A DNA stretch of 61,983 nucleotides, counting the filler. It is 6 parts of 6 records of this genome, joined end to end, with 100 filler letters (N's around TTAATTAATTAA, not from the genome) between each part and the next. Parts side by side here need not be neighbours in the genome. Positions count along the whole stretch, not along the records: positions 46,342 to 53,747 come from SRR20825006_2811; positions 53,848 to 61,983 come from SRR20825006_2855; 4 more parts are not named here. The stretch is one strand, 5' to 3'. The position numbers and the translations under genes were made by a program. This document shows positions 49,656-59,523 of the stretch, piece after piece; positions within the stretch are counted from its first letter, which is position 1, and each line of letters opens with the position of its first letter. The notes under the pieces were generated by a model. The model searched no databases. It was given only the letters and a program-made list of their open reading frames with translations, and was not told where the DNA came from.

Positions 49656-51215
49656 CTAGGATGCTTGCATCATTCGCCCGGCCAAAGCAAGGCTCTGCGC
49701 CATGATGGTCACCTGCGGGTTCACGCCGAGCGCGGTGGGGAAGAGGCTCGAGTCCGTAATATAGAGCCCCTCGACATCATGGGTCCGGCCATCCTGTGGA
49801 CGCACGACGTTGTGTTCGGGGTCCTCTCCAAGACGACACGTCCCCATCGGGTGTGATGCATAGAGCTGCATCCCCATCGGATCGGTCGCCTGGCGGATAA
49901 AGTCGAAGGCTTCGTTCTGGCTGTAGTAAAAATCTCCGCCCGCGAGCATCGGCCTGACCGCCTGAGCTCCAGCGGCGAAGAACATCTCGGCGATCTTGAG
50001 CAACCCCTTGGTGAGCTTGCGCTGATCGGATGGCAACATGGTGTAGGAAAAGCTCGGCGCGCGCCCCTCATTGTAGGTCACCGATCCCGAGGAGTGATCT
50101 CGAATAAGCAGCCCGCACGCGGCGATCTTTCGCAGGTCCTTGATGAACTGCATCGCCTCCATCCCGACGCTCCCCGCCTGCGCCACAAAAATATCTGGCG
50201 ACGCAGAGAACGTCTCGAGCAAGATCTCCGGATCTTCAGGGTGATGCCCATAGAAGCCCTGCGTGGCTCCTTTCCAGATCAGGATATCCTCGCGAAACTT
50301 CGCGATCGCTCCGACGCCCGGGTGACAGTGGAGGTTCCTGCCAACCATCCCGCTCGAATTTGCCAGGTTCTGCTTCTGCAACAGCAGCGGCGTGTTGACC
50401 GCGCCAGCAGCCAGGATCACACGCGGCGCCATCGCCTTGATCTCGACAACGGGCTTCTTATCCTCCGGCGAACGCATCACCGCGCGCAGCCCCACCGCGC
50501 GAGATCCTTCGAGCAAGATCTCCTCGACGAGTGTATCCGCGTAAACCTCACCACCTGCCCTCAGCATGCGGGGAAGCCACGTATTATCCGCGCTCGCCTT
50601 TCCTCGTGATGGGCACCCTGTCTGGCACGTCCCGCACCCGACGCAACCTGGCGCAGAACGAGGCATATAGGCCGCCTCCATCCCCATCGCCTCGAAGCCA
50701 CGCTTGGCGACCTCGGAGTTCTGGCCCGCGATGCTCGGGTCTGTCGGTTTGGCGCCGATGACCGCTTCGACCTGCGGGTAGAGCTTCTCGCGAGACTCCT
50801 TCTCCCAGAAATCGATCCCTTGCTCTCTGATCCACTGCTCCAGCACGCGATCGGGCGCGCGAAATGTGATCGCCGAGTTGACCAGCGTGCCGCCGCCCAC
50901 GCCGCGACCGCTCTGGAGCGAAATCAGCGTGTTTCCTGTCAACAGACGCTGGCCGCGAGCCTGGTACAGGTGTTCGAGCGCCCAGGATTGCTTGCGCTTG
51001 AACTTGTCACTGGTCCAAAAGCGACCCCCTTCGAACACGGCGACTTTCCAACCAGCCTGTGTCAACGCGGTCGCTGTGGTCAAACCACCAGGTCCGGCGC
51101 CGATGATCACGGCATCGAACGAAAGCTCGAGCGTGGAGGTTCGAGGTTTGAACGTATCCGCGGTGTGAAGTTGGCGTCCGAGATATTGTGGCGCGCTGAA
51201 ATCGAGCTCGGTCAT
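49656..51215 (-). CDS. GMC-family oxidoreductase (FAD)
   Basis: IIGAGPGG, GGGTLVNS, CVGCGTCQTGC, HPMGTC and GVNPQVT. Confidence 0.92.
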   Translation of the reverse strand: MTELDFSAPQYLGRQLHTADTFKPRTSTLELSFDAVIIGAGPGGLTTATALTQAGWKVAVFEGGRFWTSDKFKRKQSWALEHLYQARGQRLLTGNTLISLQSGRGVGGGTLVNSAITFRAPDRVLEQWIREQGIDFWEKESREKLYPQVEAVIGAKPTDPSIAGQNSEVAKRGFEAMGMEAAYMPRSAPGCVGCGTCQTGCPSRGKASADNTWLPRMLRAGGEVYADTLVEEILLEGSRAVGLRAVMRSPEDKKPVVEIKAMAPRVILAAGAVNTPLLLQKQNLANSSGMVGRNLHCHPGVGAIAKFREDILIWKGATQGFYGHHPEDPEILLETFSASPDIFVAQAGSVGMEAMQFIKDLRKIAACGLLIRDHSSGSVTYNEGRAPSFSYTMLPSDQRKLTKGLLKIAEMFFAAGAQAVRPMLAGGDFYYSQNEAFDFIRQATDPMGMQLYASHPMGTCRLGEDPEHNVVRPQDGRTHDVEGLYITDSSLFPTALGVNPQVTIMAQSLALAGRMMQAS

Positions 51216-51739
51216 GTCAGATCTCCGCAGGTGTAAGAGATCCCCATCGCGCCGAGCACCTCGGGCGATTCGCAGTACCCCATGGCGATAAAGAGCTTGA
51301 GGGCGGAAAAAGCGCCGCGGCGAGGAGCCAGCGAGGACTCTTCCCACGCCTTGAGGATCTCGACGCGTTCTTCCATCGGGCGTTTGTGAAAACGCGTGAG
51401 CCCGAAGTCTGCGCCGATCGCCATCTCGTCGATCGCGTGAATCAGCAATCTGACCGCGTTGGCGGTAAAGTCATCGAGGGTGTTGGCCAAAAACTGATCG
51501 AGAAACGCCGGGACACCGACATCGAGCGCGCTCGGTACAGGCGCTGTCACCGAATCTTCGCCGGGAAAAATCGTCGAGGCGATCGCTTCGACGATCTTGA
51601 CCTCGTGCTGGCTGAAAATCTGCCACTCCGGAGCAGCATCCTGATCCCACCACACGCCTCCCACGCGCCAGAGCAAGCCGCCCACGCCAAGCGTGGTCGC
51701 GCTCAGTCCAGTCAATGCCATGAACTTTCGGCGATCCAT
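51212..51739 (-). CDS. Gluconate 2-dehydrogenase subunit 3-like protein (Tat-like N-terminus)
   Basis: MDRRKF; ASTIFP, SALDVGVPAFLD and MGY motifs; 4-nt overlap with the GMC gene. Confidence 0.78.
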   Translation of the reverse strand: MDRRKFMALTGLSATTLGVGGLLWRVGGVWWDQDAAPEWQIFSQHEVKIVEAIASTIFPGEDSVTAPVPSALDVGVPAFLDQFLANTLDDFTANAVRLLIHAIDEMAIGADFGLTRFHKRPMEERVEILKAWEESSLAPRRGAFSALKLFIAMGYCESPEVLGAMGISYTCGDLT

Positions 51740-51897
51740 CTTCTTCTCTCGCGAACAAAGATCCTTCGGGGGTCAGGTCTGTGACTCATGATGCAACAAA
51801 CACCGCCCCGAGCGCACTGGCGAAGGTGTACAACACAACCTTCGATTGCCATTATGCGCCTTTGTCCACCGAATCGTCAAACCGACCGTCTGGTCAG

Positions 51898-53472
51898 TCA
51901 GTCGATTTGATCCAGAGAGACTTTTGCGCGAAGCACGTCTTCGAGAGGGTTGTAGTAGTCTGGCGCGCGCATGACGACGCCATCGAGCCCCTTGCCTCGA
52001 TCTCTTGGGCGGAAGACATCCGCGAAGACACCTCTGGAGAGGACATCGAACATCCCCTCATCGCGCACCTGCTCGAGCAACTCGATCGATTCATCGAGCA
52101 CCTGCTGCGCACGCTTCTGGATGATCCCATCCTTCTTGAACTCGATCTCATCGCCCAACATGCGCGCGTTGTTCATGACATACTGCGCGTTCTCGAGCGC
52201 GAGGTAACGATCTCCCATGTGCGGGGTGTGCATCGCTTCGGTCATCATCCCCAGGAGCTGGATTCCCTGATTGGTCCAAACACCGATGAGGTTGAACAAG
52301 GCATCCTGGATATGACCCTTGAAGATGTTGCCGGTCATGTACTTTGTCGGAGGCATGTATTTGAGCGGCGCTTCGGGGAAGATCTCTCTGGCCATCTGCG
52401 CCTGCGCCAACTCGAGCAAGAATCCGTTCTCGATCGAAGGGTTCATCTCCATGGCGTGGCCCAGGCCCATCTGAGAAGGCTTTAGACCACTGCGCGCCGC
52501 GAACTGTTCGTTAATGAACTGGCTCGCGAGCACCGTATGCGCCGCCTCCACAGCATCTGCCGTGGTCAAGTAGTTATCCTCGCCGGTGTTGATCACTACC
52601 CCCGCGTAGGCATTGATCATGCGGCTGAAGTACTGGTCGACGAAGGTGCGCTGTGGGTTGATATCCCGAAAGAGGATGCCGTAGAGCGCATCATTGAGCA
52701 TCACATCGAGTCGCTCGAGCGCGCCCATCGCTGCGATCTCTGGCATGCATAACCCAGAGCAATAGTTGCAGAGCCGGATGTAGCGACCCAACTCTTCGCC
52801 CACCTCATCGAGACCAGCGCGCATGATCTTGAAGTTTTCCTGCGTCGCGTAGGTCCCGCCATACCCCTCGGTAGTCGCGCCGTAGGGCACGAAGTCGAGC
52901 AAGCTTTGCCCGGTCGAGCGAATCACCGCGATAATATCGGCGCCTTGCCTGGCCGCGGTCTTTGCCTGCACCACATCTTCGTAAATGTTGCCTGTGGCGA
53001 CGATCACATAGTGCAGCGGTGCTTTTCTGGGTTCTGAATTCTCCAGGCGCCGCGCTCGCTCGGCGACCTGCGCGTCCACGCGACCGATTGCCGAGGCGAC
53101 GAGCTCGTCAGAAACCTCGATGATTTCTTCCGGTGAGAACTCAGGCAACGAAGCGATATCGAGTTCTCCCGAAGAAACCGCTTCGGCGACCGTTTGCGCG
53201 CTCCTATTTGTGTGGAGGATTCCGCGGGCGAGCGTTCTGGTGACCCCTTCGCCGAGCAAATCCTGTCGCTGCAATTCCTCGACGACACGGTTCGGGTAAG
53301 GAATCTCCTCCTCATCGGCGCCATCGATTCCGAACAGTCGAAGCACGGTTCGCTCGAGCGCGACGGTGGTTCGCTGCCGGATAAAGGCATCCATATCAGT
53401 AGCGATGGTGTCCGCGGCCTGGCGCGCACGAGTGATGAGGTTGGGATCAAGACCGAGTTTCGACATGCGCAT
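51898..53472 (-). CDS. kamD: D-lysine/beta-lysine 5,6-aminomutase alpha subunit
   Basis: YVIVATGNIYED, RSTGQSLLD, NYCSGLCMPEIA, INTGEDNYL and KYMPPTK. Confidence 0.93.
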   Translation of the reverse strand: MRMSKLGLDPNLITRARQAADTIATDMDAFIRQRTTVALERTVLRLFGIDGADEEEIPYPNRVVEELQRQDLLGEGVTRTLARGILHTNRSAQTVAEAVSSGELDIASLPEFSPEEIIEVSDELVASAIGRVDAQVAERARRLENSEPRKAPLHYVIVATGNIYEDVVQAKTAARQGADIIAVIRSTGQSLLDFVPYGATTEGYGGTYATQENFKIMRAGLDEVGEELGRYIRLCNYCSGLCMPEIAAMGALERLDVMLNDALYGILFRDINPQRTFVDQYFSRMINAYAGVVINTGEDNYLTTADAVEAAHTVLASQFINEQFAARSGLKPSQMGLGHAMEMNPSIENGFLLELAQAQMAREIFPEAPLKYMPPTKYMTGNIFKGHIQDALFNLIGVWTNQGIQLLGMMTEAMHTPHMGDRYLALENAQYVMNNARMLGDEIEFKKDGIIQKRAQQVLDESIELLEQVRDEGMFDVLSRGVFADVFRPRDRGKGLDGVVMRAPDYYNPLEDVLRAKVSLDQID

Positions 53473-53747
53473 CCTCCAGGAGCGAAAGATATCCGAGCTC
53501 GCAGATCATTATAAACGGACGCGAGCGGTGTGATTGAACCCATCAGTGTTGTCCGCGCTAACCTGCGAGCCCATAAAGCTGCGTCAGGCCAGGATCGGAG
53601 CAAGAATCGTGGTGTACCACAAGGAGAGTGTGGTGGGCGAGTCAGGTTCAGCGCGCTGCTCAGCAAGAAGTTGGCGTCGATGCACAGGGGAACTCCGGGT
53701 GTAAAGTTGGCACCAGTGCGTAGAGGAGCTTCGAGCGTGAAGAAGGC

Positions 53748-53847
53748 NNNNNNNNNNNNNNNNNNNNNNNNNNNNNNNNNNNNNNNNNNNNTTAATTAAT
53801 TAANNNNNNNNNNNNNNNNNNNNNNNNNNNNNNNNNNNNNNNNNNNN
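53748..53847. other. Artificial contig spacer
   Basis: N-run with TTAATTAATTAA. Confidence 0.98.
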
Positions 53848-54291
53848 CTCGCGGAAGCGGAGCCGATCCGGGTGCGCAGCGGTTTTGGCGGGGCGCCGAT
53901 GGAATGGCTGTTGACCCGGCACGACCAGCACAGGAAGCGGCGTAAGTTCCGGGCCCCGGCGGGCGCCTTCGTTGCCGCCATCGCCGATAGCGGGCGGGAC
54001 AAGCGCGCGACGCAGGTTTTCACGGCCTATGTCGGCAGCGAGCCGATTGCCGCCATCCTGACCGTCCGGCACGGCAATTCCGCCACATATTATGTCGGCT
54101 GGACCGGGGTGGAGGGGCGTGAGAAGCAGGCCCACAATCTGCTGCTCTGGAAAGCCATCACCAAGCTCAAGGAAACCGGTGTCGAATGGCTCGATCTCGG
54201 CGGTGTTGACGGTCTGCACATGCCCGGCGTCTCCCGTTTTAAGCTCGGCGTTGGCGGCGAGCTGGTGACGCTGGCGGGGACGTATCTTTAG
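53848..54291 (+). CDS. GNAT/FemAB-like protein, C-terminal part (5' truncated)
   Basis: ATYYVGW, HNLLLWKAI, LDLGG and RFKLGVGG. Confidence 0.78.
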   Translation, partial: LAEAEPIRVRSGFGGAPMEWLLTRHDQHRKRRKFRAPAGAFVAAIADSGRDKRATQVFTAYVGSEPIAAILTVRHGNSATYYVGWTGVEGREKQAHNLLLWKAITKLKETGVEWLDLGGVDGLHMPGVSRFKLGVGGELVTLAGTYL

Positions 54292-54602
54292 ATCGTCGCT
54301 TTCAGGTGCCGTGTCAGCCAATCGATATATGCGCCGATGACCGCCTCGTCCCGCTTGCAGTAGGACCATTTCTGGTACCGCCGGACGGTAATGAAACCGG
54401 CCTGCCGCAGCAGATCCAGATGCCGGCTGGCCGTCGGCTGGGCAACGCCGAGCGCGTCCGCGATCAGGGTCATGCAGACCCCGAACTCCACCGGATCGGC
54501 GGACCATTGTTCGCCGAAATGCGTGCCCGGCTCTGCCAGCAGGCTGAGGATTTTCATCCGGGGCTCGCTGGCCAGTGCCTTGATCTGTATTGAACGATCC
54601 AT
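54288..54602 (-). CDS. ArsR/SmtB-family regulator
   Basis: KALASEPRMKIL and GVAQPTASRHLDLLRQAG. Confidence 0.9.
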   Translation of the reverse strand: MDRSIQIKALASEPRMKILSLLAEPGTHFGEQWSADPVEFGVCMTLIADALGVAQPTASRHLDLLRQAGFITVRRYQKWSYCKRDEAVIGAYIDWLTRHLKATI

Positions 54603-54612
54603 GTGATTTAAT

Positions 54613-54640
54613 ATATAGTCATTTCGCTAAATGACTATAT
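54613..54640. promoter_or_regulatory. Perfect 12-4-12 inverted repeat, probable ArsR operator
   Basis: ATATAGTCATTT-CGCT-AAATGACTATAT fills the 36-nt divergent gap and overlaps the hydrolase ATG. Confidence 0.8.
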
Positions 54641-55466
54641 GAAAGTGACAGCGATGCTTGATTTGCCCGAAAGCACGATGGTGAATGGAGACTCGGTCCG
54701 GTGGGGCCGGGTCGGTACCGGGCCGGCGCTTGTCGCCATTCATGGCACGCCGTTTTCATCGCAGGTCTGGCGCCGGATCATTCCGCAGCTGACGCATCGC
54801 TGGACCGTCCATTATTTCGATCTGGTCGGCTATGGCCTGTCGGAGAAGCGTGACGGGCAGGATGTTTCACTCGGTGTGCAGAACCACGTTCTGGCCGCGT
54901 TGCTTGAGGAATGGGGGCTGCAACGCCCGCATGTGCTGGCACACGATTTCGGCGGGGCGACGGCATTGCGGGGGTATTTCCTGAACAATCTGCGCTATGC
55001 CTCCCTGACGATCTTCGACGCGGTGGCTCTGGCGCCCTGGGGCTCGCCCTTCGTGCAGCATGTACGCCAGCACGAAGCGGCTTTCTCCGGCATGCCGGCC
55101 TATATGCATGAAGCGATGCTGCGGGCCTATCTGCAGACCGCCGCGCACCAGCCGCTCTCCGAAGAAGCGCTGGAGGTTTACGCCGCACCCTGGCGCGGCC
55201 CGGTCGGGCAGCCGGCTTTCTACCGTCAGGTCGCCCAGATGGATCAGCGCTTCACCGACGAGGTCGAACCGCTGTACGAGCCGCTGGATTGTCCGGTCAC
55301 GGTGTTGTGGGGCGAACAGGACGACTGGATACCTTTGGCCAAGGGTATGGAGCTGGCGGACCGGATCTCCGGCCAGCCGCTCATACATGTGCCCGAAGCA
55401 GGCCACCTCGTACAGGAGGACCGGCCGGAAGCGATTGTCGCCGCCATGCTTCGGCAGAGAGCCTGA
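54639..55466 (+). CDS. Alpha/beta hydrolase (epoxide hydrolase/dehalogenase-like, Asp nucleophile)
   Basis: HGTP, DLVGYG, AHDFGG, WGEQD and AGHLVQED. Confidence 0.9.
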   Translation: MKVTAMLDLPESTMVNGDSVRWGRVGTGPALVAIHGTPFSSQVWRRIIPQLTHRWTVHYFDLVGYGLSEKRDGQDVSLGVQNHVLAALLEEWGLQRPHVLAHDFGGATALRGYFLNNLRYASLTIFDAVALAPWGSPFVQHVRQHEAAFSGMPAYMHEAMLRAYLQTAAHQPLSEEALEVYAAPWRGPVGQPAFYRQVAQMDQRFTDEVEPLYEPLDCPVTVLWGEQDDWIPLAKGMELADRISGQPLIHVPEAGHLVQEDRPEAIVAAMLRQRA

Positions 55467-55469
55467 GCC

Positions 55470-57881
55470 TCAATCCTCCCGGGCCCTCGCCGCCGCTTTT
55501 GCCCGCAGGGCCGCGAACTCGATCAGTCGGTCTTCCACCAGCCGATTGACGCTGCCCGACGGATATTTCCCGCCGGCTCCGCGCTTGCCGGCCTTCTTGC
55601 CTGTCAGCACCTCGATACCTTCCGCGATGGTGGCAATCGGCAGGATGCGGAATTTCTTCTCCTTGCAGGCCTCGACCACGTCCGCGCGCAACATCAGATG
55701 CTTCACGTTCGAGGCGGGGATCATCACGCCCTGTTTGCCGGTCAGGCCGCGTGCCGCGCAGACATCGAAGAAGCCTTCGATCTTCTCGTTCACCCCGCCG
55801 ATGGCCTGCACCTCGCCCATCTGGTTCACCGAGCCGGTGACGGCGAATGACTGGTCGATCGGCAGGCCGGAAAGCGCCGAGAGCAGGGCATAGAGTTCGG
55901 CGGAAGAGGCGCTGTCGCCGTCGACGCCGCCATAGGATTGCTCGAAGGTCAGCGTCGCGGCCAGCGCCATCGGGGCGTCGGCGGCGAAATTCTGTGCGAG
56001 ATAGCCGGAGAGGATCATCACGCCCTTGGAATGCAGTGGGCCGCCCAGCTCGACCTCACGCTCGATATCGATCACCCGCCCGGCGCCGACCCTGACCGTG
56101 GCGGAAATCCGGCTCGGCTTGCCGAAGGCGAAAGTGCCGATGGAGAGGACCGAGAGCCCGTTGACCTGTCCGACCTTGGCGCCGTCGCTGTCGATCAGCA
56201 CCGTGCCGCGGGTGATCTGCTCCATCGTCCGGTCGCGGATGCGGTCGGCCCGGTGGATCTGTGCGGCGATGGCCTGGTCCACGTGGGCGCGGGAGACTTT
56301 GGTCTTGTCTTCCTCGATGGCAAAATAATCCGCTTCCCGCATCACGTCGGCAATCTGGCCGACACTGGTCGACATGCGTTCCGCATCGCCGGCCAGCCGT
56401 GCCGCATGCTCCATCACCCGTTCAATGGCGGGGCTGGCGAACGGGCGCAGTCCGTTATTGCGGGCAATGGTCGCGATCAGCCGGGCGAAGAGGGCATCGT
56501 TCTCCGGTGTCCGCTCGATGATTTCCTCGAAGTCGGCAGCGACCTTGAACAGGTCCTGGAAGTCCGGATCGGCGGCCGAGAGGGCGAGGTACAGCCGGTA
56601 ATCCCCGAACAGCACGATTTTCAGATCGAGCGGGATCGGGTCCGGTTGCAGGGACACCACGGTTGCCGTCGCGGCAGTCATGTTCGGCGCCTCGATGGTG
56701 ATCTTCTCCGCGTAGAGCGCCCGCTTCAATGCTTCCCAGCTCATCGGGTTGAGCAGCAGCTTGTCGGCATTGATCAGCAGGAAGCCGCCATTCGCGCAAT
56801 GCAGCGCTCCCGGCTTGATTAGCGAGAAGTCCGCGACGAGCGTGCCCATCCGGGCGTAATGCTCGATCCGGCCGACCAGTTTTCCCAGCGCCGGATTGTC
56901 TTCCACCACCACCGGCGCGCCTCCCGACGGCCGGTTCGAGACCAGCACGTTGACCTGATATCGATGCAGCGGGTCGCTTTCGACAGCCGCTTCGCCTGGG
57001 CCGTTGGACGGGGAGTCCGGCCCCTTGTCTTCGGCCCGCAGGAACAGGCCGACATGCTCGACCATGTCCTCGGCAACGACCTTCAGGTGCTTCAGCGCGG
57101 CATCGGCCGCGGCCATTTCCTTTTCGACATCGGCTATTTCCTCGGTGATCACCCGGCGGGCGGTGTCGCGTCCGATTTTCATCAGGGCACGCTGGCGGTC
57201 GCGTTCGACCATCGGCAGGGAGCGCAGGGTTTTCTGCAGCTCCTCCATCATTGTCTGGGTCGCGTCCTGATAGCGTTTCCGGGAGGCTTCCGGGAGTTTC
57301 TGGAAGGTTTCCGGCGCCATCGGCTCCTTGCCGGAAAGCGGCGCGAAACCGAAGCCCTGCTCCGTGCGGATCAGGGTCAGCCCGTGCTTGCCGGCCTGCT
57401 CGTTGACGGTCTTGAGCGCGGCCTGCTGCTTTTCAGCGGCATCCTTGTTTACGGCATCGACCCGCAGCCGGTAATCCTCGCTTTCGAACAGCGTCGGGAT
57501 CACCGCCTTCAGATCGGTCACCAGAGTGTGCATGACGCGCCGGAACGTCTCTCCCCGGCCGGAGGGCAGGGCGATGGCCGTTGGCGTGTAGGGATCTTCG
57601 AAATTATGCACATAGACCCAGTCGGGCGGCGCATCGAGTTCCGTTTTGCGCTGCTCCAGGAAGCGTTTCACCGCCATGTGCTTGCCGGAGCCTTTCGGCC
57701 CGATGACAAAGAGATTGTAGCCGCGCTGCTGCATCCGGGAAGCGAAGCGGACAGCGCCAAGGGCACGTTCCTGCCCGATCAGGGCCTCGATATCTTCAAG
57801 ATCGTCGGTGTTTTCGATCGAGAGCGGTCTGAGACTGGTTCTTGTGTAGAGCGCTTTCGTCGCGAGAGGCTTCACGGACAT
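55470..57881 (-). CDS. LonC/LonB-like S16 protease
   Basis: GPKGSGKH, PGALHCANGG, HSKG, Ser of DGDSAS and Lys of GGVNEK; Walker B degenerate (LLINA). Confidence 0.9.
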   Translation of the reverse strand: MSVKPLATKALYTRTSLRPLSIENTDDLEDIEALIGQERALGAVRFASRMQQRGYNLFVIGPKGSGKHMAVKRFLEQRKTELDAPPDWVYVHNFEDPYTPTAIALPSGRGETFRRVMHTLVTDLKAVIPTLFESEDYRLRVDAVNKDAAEKQQAALKTVNEQAGKHGLTLIRTEQGFGFAPLSGKEPMAPETFQKLPEASRKRYQDATQTMMEELQKTLRSLPMVERDRQRALMKIGRDTARRVITEEIADVEKEMAAADAALKHLKVVAEDMVEHVGLFLRAEDKGPDSPSNGPGEAAVESDPLHRYQVNVLVSNRPSGGAPVVVEDNPALGKLVGRIEHYARMGTLVADFSLIKPGALHCANGGFLLINADKLLLNPMSWEALKRALYAEKITIEAPNMTAATATVVSLQPDPIPLDLKIVLFGDYRLYLALSAADPDFQDLFKVAADFEEIIERTPENDALFARLIATIARNNGLRPFASPAIERVMEHAARLAGDAERMSTSVGQIADVMREADYFAIEEDKTKVSRAHVDQAIAAQIHRADRIRDRTMEQITRGTVLIDSDGAKVGQVNGLSVLSIGTFAFGKPSRISATVRVGAGRVIDIEREVELGGPLHSKGVMILSGYLAQNFAADAPMALAATLTFEQSYGGVDGDSASSAELYALLSALSGLPIDQSFAVTGSVNQMGEVQAIGGVNEKIEGFFDVCAARGLTGKQGVMIPASNVKHLMLRADVVEACKEKKFRILPIATIAEGIEVLTGKKAGKRGAGGKYPSGSVNRLVEDRLIEFAALRAKAAARARED

Positions 57882-57966
57882 GGTCGCATTCCTCCGAAAC
57901 CGGCCCTGCGGATTTTCCGCCGGGCCGTGACAGGTGAAGACCTTAATCCCGCAAGGATTATTCCGG

Positions 57967-58653
57967 CTAGTCTCCGCTTGCGCGAATCTCGACAACCCGG
58001 TCGCGCAGGCGGGTCAGACCCTGATCCGGCATCCCCAACTCATTGAGATGCTCGACCGTATTGAAAAGATAGTCCGAGCAGGGGCCAAGAAAGCCGCTGG
58101 CCCGCTCGATGGTCCGGGCCATCTCTTCTTCCGTGAGTTGGCCGACATAGCGCACATGCTTCCTGTTCATCACGAAGCCGAGCGCCTTGAAGGGGCCATC
58201 CGGCCCGGTCATGGAGAGCCAGCGCGGGATATAGGCGTCGCTCACCATTTCGCGGCGCCAGACTATACTGAGTTCCTCTGCCGCGGTTTCCTTCGGGATA
58301 CGGAAGGCGACGCCACGGCAGCAGCCGCCACGATCCAGAGCCAGCGTCAATCCCGGCACCTCGGGCGACCCCCGGCCGAGATGTGTCTGCAGGCAGAACC
58401 GCCGGTGATATCCATGGGCGGTGGCACAGCATTGTTCCGCGAAATGAATGGACGGGTTCCAGATCAGCGAGCCGTATCCGAACAACCAGACATCGGTCTC
58501 CGGTGCGCCGCTTGGGAACATCGACGCAAGGGAGGCGTCGAGCTCTTCGTCGGACAGGACTTTGTAGGTCGTCGCGTGCTGCCGGATCAGGTCACGGATA
58601 TGGCCTGAGCGGATTGTGTCGCGCGTAAGGGGGATGTGCTGTTGGTCTGCCAT
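57967..58653 (-). CDS. chaC: Glutathione-specific gamma-glutamylcyclotransferase
   Basis: WLFGYGSLIWNP, RGSPEVPGL, WRREM and DYLFNT. Start at MADQQ. Confidence 0.92.
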   Translation of the reverse strand: MADQQHIPLTRDTIRSGHIRDLIRQHATTYKVLSDEELDASLASMFPSGAPETDVWLFGYGSLIWNPSIHFAEQCCATAHGYHRRFCLQTHLGRGSPEVPGLTLALDRGGCCRGVAFRIPKETAAEELSIVWRREMVSDAYIPRWLSMTGPDGPFKALGFVMNRKHVRYVGQLTEEEMARTIERASGFLGPCSDYLFNTVEHLNELGMPDQGLTRLRDRVVEIRASGD

Positions 58654-59021
58654 GTCAGTGACCCTAGCGGACTTGTTGCGTCCGGCAAGTCCGGCACGCG
58701 GATCGGTCTTGTTCGAAATTGAACCTAATGGAAGCCGGACCGGCGGCTGGATGGCGGTCACAAACGCGTGTGCGTGCCACACTGAATGCGCGAATTTTCC
58801 CGTGTTGCGGTGGCGCGCGGCATTTGCCGGTCCCTGTCCCGATCCTGCTTTCAAGACATGCGGAACCGTGCCGGTGGCCGGGAAAGAGCCGCCGGCACTG
58901 GATTTGGTACGGATCGTGCGTAGAAATTTTACGGACCAGCATGGACATTTTTATAGTCCGGCCGCGCGATCACCTTGATTTTGCGGTATAGACAGATTTT
59001 CGGGGGAGGGCGTATCCGTCC

Positions 59022-59507
59022 ATGGCGGAGAAAATAGACTTCAGCAAAGTCCATTTTTTGATCGTTGACGGCAATGCGCTTTCGGCCGACCTGGCGCGTG
59101 ACCTGCTGCTGACAATGGGGGCGAAGACAGTGTTCGTGGCGCATAATTTCGACGAGGGGCTGGAGGTTCTGGGCTCCGGTTCCGTCGATGTGCTGCTGAC
59201 GGAGCTGCATTTGCCGCCACGCAGTGGTCTTGACCTGATCCGTGCGGTGCGTGACGGAAAAACCAAGGCGTCCAAGCAGATGCCGATCCTGGTGATGTCC
59301 GCGATGTCCGCCAAGGAGCATGTCTTCGAGGCCCGTGACGCGGGTGTCACGGAGTTTATTGCAAAGCCATATGGCGTTGAGGGTTTTTACCGGCGCATGG
59401 TTGGTATCGTTGCGCGCCCACGCGCTTTCGTAGACACTAATGAATATTTTGGTCCCGATAGACGTCGACGTCAGGTGCCATTCGATGGGCAGGATCGGCG
59501 GGAGTAG
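59022..59507 (+). CDS. Cle-like CheY receiver with arginine-rich c-di-GMP-binding tail
   Basis: Receiver fold (AKP); C-terminal YFGPDRRRR...FDGQDRR; Glu at the phospho-Asp site. Confidence 0.8.
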   Translation: MAEKIDFSKVHFLIVDGNALSADLARDLLLTMGAKTVFVAHNFDEGLEVLGSGSVDVLLTELHLPPRSGLDLIRAVRDGKTKASKQMPILVMSAMSAKEHVFEARDAGVTEFIAKPYGVEGFYRRMVGIVARPRAFVDTNEYFGPDRRRRQVPFDGQDRRE

Positions 59508-59523
59508 CGGCTAGGGTGTCGAA

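Noticed and set aside
53473-53747. Cobalamin or lysine riboswitch upstream of kamD
   Set aside because: No B12-box or L-box consensus recognised; the region may instead hold the end of an upstream CDS.
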